Part shown: piece after piece, positions 56,745-64,000 of the stretch
How positions within the stretch are numbered: the stretch's first letter is position 1
Layout of the letters: each line of letters opens with the position of its first letter
NCBI GenBank assembly: GCA_009914755.4
Contig: CP068257.2
Location: forward strand, 13,152,001 to 13,216,000
Reading direction: 5' to 3'
Origin: the human T2T-CHM13v2.0 reference genome, Homo sapiens
Length of the DNA: 64,000 bases
Translations under genes and position numbers: made by a program
Notes under the pieces: model-generated
Seen by the model: the letters and a program-made list of their open reading frames with translations, nothing else
Databases searched by the model: none
Told to the model about the DNA's origin: nothing

Positions 56745-57238
56745 GTCTCCAATGGTGTCCATATCCTAATCTCAAGAACCTGTAACTATGTTACCTTATT
56801 TAGCAAGAGGGACTTTGCAGATTAAGTTAAGAATGTTGGAATGGGGAACTCTGCTGGATTATTTGGGTGGGTCCGAGTAATCACACAGGTCCTCATAAGA
56901 TGGAGGCAAGAAGGTCAGAGCGAGAGAAGAAAATGTGAAATTAGAAGTAGCAAACAGGGAGACAAGGAGAGGAAAACACAGATTTGAAGATGTTATGCTG
57001 TTAGCTTTGAAGATGAAGGAAGGGGCCACAAGCCAAGGAATACTGGTATCCTGTAGAAGTTGCAAAAAGCAAGGAAATAGATTCTCCCCAAGAGCATCTA
57101 GTAGCACTATACAGCTTTGACAACATCTTGATTTTAGAACTTCTCAATCCCACAACTATAAGATAATAAATTTGCTTTGTTTTAAGCCACTTAGTTCACG
57201 GTAATTTGTTATAGTAACAATAGGAAACTAAGATAAAG
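56745..57238 (+). mobile_element. MLT1-type (ERVL-MaLR) LTR, plus strand, immediately downstream of the MST-like LTR
   Basis: ...gtgtccatatcctaatctcaagaacctgtaactatgttaccttatttagcaagagggactttgcagattaagttaag...ctttgaagatgaaggaaggggccacaagccaaggaatactgg...tataagataataaatttgctttgttttaagccacttagttcacggtaatttgttatagtaacaataggaaactaagataaag, the MLT1 hallmark. Confidence 0.6.
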
Positions 57239-60200
57239 GTCCTTAACATAAAAAAGAGTTACCACTTTAGACATGCCACATGTCCATCACTGGTCAGTGG
57301 CAGGGCTTTTCCTTATATAGTCACTTAAGAACTCAGGTAGACATAGATTCTACTATTTGAAAAGTCACTGGTCACCAGAGCAGGAAGAAGAAAGTATATG
57401 GAGAACTCAGACCCATTCTTCTATACTTCAGTCTAGATGGTAACACATGTCACTTCTGTTCATTATCAGTTGGCCAGAAAGTCATATAATCTTGCAAACT
57501 ACAGAGAGTTGACAAGTGTAACCTCCTATGAGCCTGAAGGGAAAGAAGAACTGGATTTTAATCAGCACTGAATTCGACATTTTAATATCTACCTTAGCCT
57601 CATACTAGGGAGTCCATGAAAATCTTGAGAAAAGGTGGAAAGAAATGTTTCTTACCTGATGGGTCTAGATTCCTCTCTTTCATAGTTCCAGATCTGCTCT
57701 TGTGTGCCAGTGTGTGTTGAAATGACCTGCTCCTTATGTTACCAGAGCCTATGTTGTTAACTACAGAGAATTCTCAGTATCTGAAATTCTTCACATTTAG
57801 ATGTCATGCAAAGAATATTAACTCTTTCTACAGCTCTAGTTATTGCAATGCAATACACAATCAATGAATTTGAAAAATTTGTTTCTCCAAAGTTGCAAAT
57901 ACAAATCATGCTGAGCCTTGCATCTCTTTATTTCTCAGTTTTATTGCTTTCTTTATCATATTTGATGCATACTTCAGAACAGCGGAAAGATATAACCCAC
58001 TTTTTCTTTTCATAGTTGACAGCAAAGTACAGGTAGGGCAAAATCTGAAAACAGCTCCCAACACAGTTGGACACCAACCCTGCTAGAGTACTCTAGAGAG
58101 GATGCTTAACCATGTCATGCAAATTTTTTGTAATTTTTTTGCATATGTACCTTACAATATTCACATTTGGCTGTAATGGCATAGTATATGTAATGAAATG
58201 TGATAGATAAGCAAAATCTTTTTAAATATTTCCATAAAAGAGAGACAATATTAAACTATTAACAACTGACCACTCTATGATACATGGACTCCTAAGACAG
58301 GCCCCATTGATCCCTGCCTCCTATATAATCTCATACCCTTGTGTGATATCTTTCCCTTGAGTATGCCCTGGACTTAATGACTTGTTTCTAATGAATTGAA
58401 TGTAACAAAAGTGATGGGATGTCATTTCAGTCCTTAAGTTGCAAAAGACTGACTTTCCTCTTCCTTGCAGATTCTCTCTCTCTTGCTGTTTTTGATGAAG
58501 CAGGCTGCTATGTAGAAGTGGCCAGGTGGCAAGAAACTGAGGTTAGCCTCTGGCCAACAGTCAGCAGGAAACTGAGGCCCTCTGACCAAGAGCCTGCAAG
58601 GAATTGAATTATGCCAACAACCAAGTGAGTGAGCTTGCAAGTGGATCTTTCCACAGTTGATCCTTAAAATTAGACCTCAGCCCCAGATGTCACAATGATT
58701 GTAGCCTGTGGAAGATCCTAAGCAGAAAACCCAATTAAGTTTTACCTACATTCCCAGCCCACAGAAACTGTGAGATACTCAGTATGCTGTTTTAAGTCAT
58801 TTAGTTTGGGGTAATTTATTACATAGCAGCATATAATTAAGACACTAGACATTTTATTTCTTCGGGATTTTTGTTTTTGTTTTTCTTTATTTTTTATGTT
58901 GTTCCAACATGTTTGCTTTTTCCTCTTCTAATAGGTTCAAGAATAGTGAGAAAAAGGAAAATTAAAGTGTTGGAGTAAATGGTTTTGGCAATAATAAAAT
59001 GTAGATTCAATTTTTTTGATATTTAAGAATGAAATTTTGTAAGAGATATTTATTTTTAAAGGGAGCTGCTCTAGAATCTAGACATTAATATGTCCCCAAA
59101 ATGTGTTTACAGATTTCTCCATTCACACACACAAAATCTAATTTCTACCTTAGTTTACAGAAATCCACCCTTTGTGTAAGGTGAGTTATACCTAACAGAA
59201 GTTTATCACTTTCTTATTAAAGAACTCTATGTCTTTGGTCTCTTCTTCCTAATGAATATCAACATTTGAGGAGAAAGATATATAATCAGGAGGGAAAAGT
59301 GATCTGAAATAAAGACTTGAATATTGTTATTAGATTTAGACTATGTTAAGATGAATTGCTCTCTCATGGAAAGACTCAATAACTTATGCCTAAGAATAAT
59401 ATAATAATCACAACGATAGCCATATTGTTGTTTTGAATTTGGGTAACAGAAGAACATAGATCTTTAAACTATTAGGCATATCTTTTCTGCTCAAAACAAT
59501 TTCTTTACATTTTATCCCTTTAAGTCCTTTAAAGCTTATCACACAGAAAAAATAACAGTCTGGGAGAGGAAGACTAAAGAAATCAACTTTCTTCAGAGCA
59601 CATATAGATTTATTGTAGCCAATTGATGACACTGCAAAACTGGCACAAAGGCAAATACTTAATAAATAAATGAAAATCAGAGTGGATCAGTTCAGTGCTG
59701 TATGTTTTGAACCGGGTCCTCAAAGGCAAGTCATCATCAGAAGAAAGAAAAATGCATTTAAGGAGCGTTAATTATTGTCTATCTCCAAGACCAAAATAAA
59801 AAAAGCTTAAAACTTTTAGACTGTTAAAAATCTACTATACTAGGATATTAAAGTATTTTAAAGAAAATGAGATTTATGCTTAATAAAAAAATTCCCATTA
59901 AACAGCAAACTATTAGAAGAGAAAATCATTCTGAATCTCTACACTTCTCAATCCAAATACAATGCCATGAGCTATAATTCAGTAAAAAGCTCTATATTTT
60001 GGATCCTGAAGCTTGACTCATAATTGAAAGGAAACCCTCCTAATTCATGATTGCTTGTCTCACGTACATTACAGAGTAACCTTTACTGTAGTTTCAAAGT
60101 TTAAGATTTTATTTACAGTAGTTTTTGCGAGGTCGTCAATTGACACAATGTAGTTGCTATTTGTGAAAGACAACAATTTGAACTGCAACTTGAAATCAAT

Positions 60201-60649
60201 TGGAAACCAGTCCAGTCTCTAGAGGACACTTGCAATATGCTTCACGGGGCTAACCCCATTAAGCATCAAATGCAGCTACAAACTCAGCACACTAAATGAA
60301 GCTTTTCTATTGCACAAGAGAATAACTTCACATGAATGACAATTTCTGTAATGCTTAGGCTTGACAAAATCTTTAACCTTAAGTGTAATACTAATCAAAA
60401 TAATTCCAGGAAATATTGTTTACACATTATCATCTGGAACTAGCTGGTAAGGATTGAGAAGTTTGTCAATAATTAGGTGCTCTGACTTTTATATAACTTA
60501 TAAGTAGAGTTGTCAACTCTAAAATCTGGGGAGTTTGGTAGCTCTGTTAAGTTGGGGAAAATGTAGATCCCCAGCCTCAGTATTCTCATCTCTAATATGG
60601 GAATTCTGGAACAAATGATCCTGTATCGATACACTATTGCTGTACAACA

Positions 60650-61060
60650 AATTAAGCTTAATGGATGAAGATAACCACTTATTATTTTGTTTCAACTCAG
60701 GGACTGGCTCAGCAGCTCTGCTGCTCTGGGCCATGCTCACCTGCTCTCAGCTGGGCTCACTCATGCATCTGCTATCAGCTGGCTGGTTAACTGTAGTTAG
60801 TTTATCTTGATGGCATCATTGGGGAAACTCAGCTCTCTTTCACTGGACTTCTCTTATATTTCTCCAGCAAACTGGAAAGGGTGTGTTCTCGTGGCAGGGG
60901 CAGGAGTCTACAAAAGAAAGCAGAAATGCAGAAACACATTTCAGGCTTCTGCTTGCATCAGTTCCACTAAAATCCCATTGTTCTCGTCATGTAGCCAACT
61001 TAGAATAAGAATGGGGAGGTCACTACCAAAGGGCATGAAATAGAAAGGCATGAGGCATGG
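60650..61060 (+). mobile_element. Ancient LTR-like repeat (MLT-type 5' region), family uncertain
   Basis: tgctgtacaacaaattaagcttaatgg...ttcaactcagggactggctcagcagctctgctgctctgggccatgctcacctgctctcagctgggctcactcatgcatctgctatcagctggctgg. This resembles a widespread mammalian LTR consensus beginning tgctgtgtaacaaattacc... Confidence 0.35.
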
Positions 61061-62329
61061 AAAATTAGATCCATTAGTATAATCACCTTACAATAATCTT
61101 AAAGTTGCTTTTCTGCAGATAATTGTTTGAGTATAGGTTTTTTAAAAGAGGCATCCAACACAAAATACTGGAAAATATACTGTGAGTGAGGAGGGAATAT
61201 AAGAGAAAGAAAATCAACTACCTCTTCTCTGCCAATAAGTCTTTGTGTAATTAGATATGAAAGGCCCACACTTGAAAAAAGATCAGATATATTTTAATTA
61301 AAAGTGAGTACCTTACAACTGACTGATCTACTTTTCATGCATTTTTCTCTTAACATTTTTCTGTCAAAGTTTTTCAAAATATAATAACCAAGCAAGGAAA
61401 ATACAACAGATAACTATGTTTGATGAATGCCTGATTACATACATTCATTTTCACTTCTCATTCTCATTCGAGTAAGAGCAAAAGAAACATGAATGGGGAG
61501 AAAAGGGGAGTAATATAGTATTTTTAAAAAGAAAGAATATTAGGGGTTTTATTTTTACACATTTCCTTTAATGCCCATCAGAGACCCATTATAATATCGA
61601 AGGGCATCTTTTGTTCGGTGTAGTTGTACTGATAGATAATGAGGAGTAATCTGAACCAAGTACATTGCACTGTGATGTCATACCCAGGAACTGTTTTATA
61701 AACCACTACTAGATAAAAGACCTCTTCCCTTATTGACTTCTTCTTTTAGGACTCTAGAGGAACCCTATTAAATTTCATCTTCAAATTCTGCCCATAGACA
61801 GTCTTAAAATTCAAGGTTATAAGTCATATTCTTGACCACTGGTTAAATCACCCAGTAATAAAAATGCATTTCTTCCCTGTTTTGAAGGATAACCCTGAGA
61901 ACTAAGGTATGGTAAAGGACAAAGCTATGTAAGCACATATAAATCACAGTTATGTTTTTGCAGTAGGTCATGATATTTCTGCCTCCAACCCCTCTCTTCT
62001 TTTCCTCTGAGGTAGATTCTAAAACTTTGAACGAACACACTTACAGTGATGTTTATACATTTATACTTTACAAATCATTTAAAGTAATACAGTATTCAAC
62101 TCTATAATTCTAATTTTCTAATAATTCCTCAATTGAGTTAAAAGCTATGACCAATTTGACTAATGCATGAAAAATTAACTGACTTATCAGAGGTCACATC
62201 AATCAACCACTCTGCCAAGACAAGAAATCTCATAGTTTGGCTGTTGAAGCATTTATTTAACTAATATCCCTAGAGGAGTCAAGCTATAGCAGACCTTTAC
62301 ATATTCAAAATGTCTTGAAGGCTCATCTT

Positions 62330-62700
62330 TTAAAAGTTGTCTTAGTCTGTATGGGCTGCTATAACAAAATGTCATAAATGGGGTAGCTTATGAGCAACAG
62401 AAATTTATTTCTCATAGTTCTGAAGGCTGGGAAATCCAAGATCAAGGCACTGACAGATTTGTTGTCTAGTGTAGGCCCACTTTCTGGCTCATCAATGACA
62501 TCTTGCTATGCAGTCACACGGTGGATGGGGTAAGAAATCTCTCTCTGGCATCTTCTGGAAGAACTCTAATCCCATTTGTGAGGGTTCCTCCCCCAAGACC
62601 TAATCATTTCCCAAAGGCCCCACCTTCTAATACAATCACCTTGGGGGTGAGGATTTCAACATATTTGGACATAAATGTCAGACCATAACAAAAATCATTT
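62330..62700 (-). mobile_element. MLT1-type LTR, minus strand
   Basis: agtctgtatgggctgctataacaaaatgtcataaatggggtagcttatgagcaacagaaatttatttctcatagttctgaaggctgggaaatccaagatcaaggcactgacag...cccaagacctaatcatttcccaaaggccccaccttctaatacaatcaccttgggggtgaggatttcaacatatttggacataaatgtcagaccataaca, the reverse complement of the MLT1 hallmark regions. Confidence 0.6.
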
Positions 62701-62941
62701 TATATTCTATGTCATAACGTGACCCTGTTAAGATAGCATAAAGGCATTTGGAATTTCTAATCTTTTATTCCCAGTCCACATGTAAACTGGCACAAGAGGA
62801 ATAAGCTGTAGGCTCATCCTGTGGTTTCAATAACCCATATCCCACTGCCATTTGTTCCAGCTTGGGAAACATGACCCTAAGCCAGTCTGTGCTGCACTGT
62901 TTGTATTATTCCAACAATCAAAGTTTCATTTTTTCTATATT

Positions 62942-63295
62942 TGTATCAGTCCATTTTCACACTGCTGATAAGGACATACCAGAGACTGGGAAGAAAAAGA
63001 GGATTAATTGGACTTACAGTTCCACATGGCTGGGAAGGCCTCAGAATCATGGTGGAAGGTGAAAGGAACCTCTTACACGGTGGTGGCAAGAGAAAATGTG
63101 AAGGAAGCAAAAGTGGAAACCCCCGATAAACCCGTCAGATCTCGTGAAACTCACTCACTATCACAAGAATAGCACAGGAAAGACCAGCCCCCATGATTCA
63201 ATTACCTCCCTGTGGGTCCCTCCCACAACACGTGGGAATTCTGGGAGATATAATTCAAGTTGAGATTTGGGTGGGGACACAGGCAGACCATATCA
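62942..63295 (-). mobile_element. THE1/MST-class LTR, minus strand, followed (63296 to window end) by THE1/MST internal sequence on the minus strand
   Basis: tgtatcagtccattttcacactgctgataaggacataccagagactgggaagaaaaagaggattaattggacttacagttccacatggctgggaaggcctcagaatcatggtggaagg...gttgagatttgggtggggacacaggcagaccatatca. The internal part shares extended similarity with 48754-49935. Confidence 0.85.
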
Positions 63296-64000
63296 TTCTG
63301 TATCATTCTGCCCCTGGCCCCTCCAAATCTCACGTCCTCACATCTCAAAACGAATCATGCCTTCCCAGCAGTCCCCCAAAGTCTTAACTCATTTCAGCAT
63401 TAACCCAGAAGTCCACAGTCCAAAGTCTCATCTGAGACAAGCAAATCCCTTCCATCTATGAGCCTGTAAAATCAAAAGCAAGCTAGTTACTTCCTAGATA
63501 CAATGGGGGTACAGGTATTGGGTAAATACAGCAATTCCAAGTGAGAGAAATTGGCCAGAACAAAGGGGTTACAGGGCCCCTGCTAGTCCAAAATCCAGCA
63601 GGGTAGTCAGATTTTAAAGCTTAAAAGTTACTTTTTTTGACTCCTGATCTCACATCCAGGTCATGCTGATGCAAGGGGTGGATTCCCATGGTGTTGGGCA
63701 GCTCTGCTCCTGTGTCTTTGCAGGGTACAGCCCCCCCTCCCAGCTGTTTTCATGGGCTGGTGTTTAGAGTTTGTTGCTTTTCTAGGCACATGGTGCAAGC
63801 CATCAGTAAATCTACCATTCTGGGGTCTGAAGGATGGTGGTCCTTTTCCCAGAGTTCCACTGGGCTGTGCCCTAGTAGGGACTCGGTGTGGGGGCTCCTA
63901 CCCCACATTTTCCTTCCACACTGCTCTAGCAGAGGTTCTCCATGAGGGCCCCACTCCTGCAGCAAACTTTTGCCTGGGCATCCAGGCATTTCCATACATC

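Overview
This 64-kb window reads as primate (human or great-ape) nuclear DNA from an AT-rich, gene-poor interval, not a prokaryotic or phage locus. It is a mosaic of LINE-1, Alu, MaLR/THE1-class LTR, MIR and DNA-transposon fragments separated by unique AT-rich sequence; by hand annotation these repeats cover roughly 40% or more of the window. I find no credible host protein-coding gene, no tRNA or rRNA, no CRISPR array and no operon-like system, so the undescribed biological system the prompt hints at is not supported by this sequence. The two largest ORFs (5472-6770 and 7040-8677) are the endonuclease and reverse-transcriptase pieces of a 5.65-kb L1PA element (3892-9545); its ORF1 and ORF2 carry several nonsense and frameshift lesions. 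The stack of mutually overlapping ORFs on both strands at 44.7-45.8 kb is a translation artifact of a ~0.73-kb GC/CpG-rich minisatellite (15-16-bp unit close to GTGCTCCTCCGCCAGC, about 45 copies). With its CpG-dense flanks, that minisatellite is the most unusual structure in the window. Other points of interest:
- a young L1PA2/3-like insertion with a twin-priming 5' inversion (27880-28744);
- nested insertions (L1PA into an old L1M; an MLT1 solo LTR into L1M ORF2);
- four THE1/MST-class LTRs within 17 kb, including a convergent inverted pair with internal sequence (48385-50222);
- several non-canonical Alu copies.
Repeat family and subfamily names come from my memory of consensus sequences and need RepeatMasker/Dfam confirmation. 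No number given here comes from a database.
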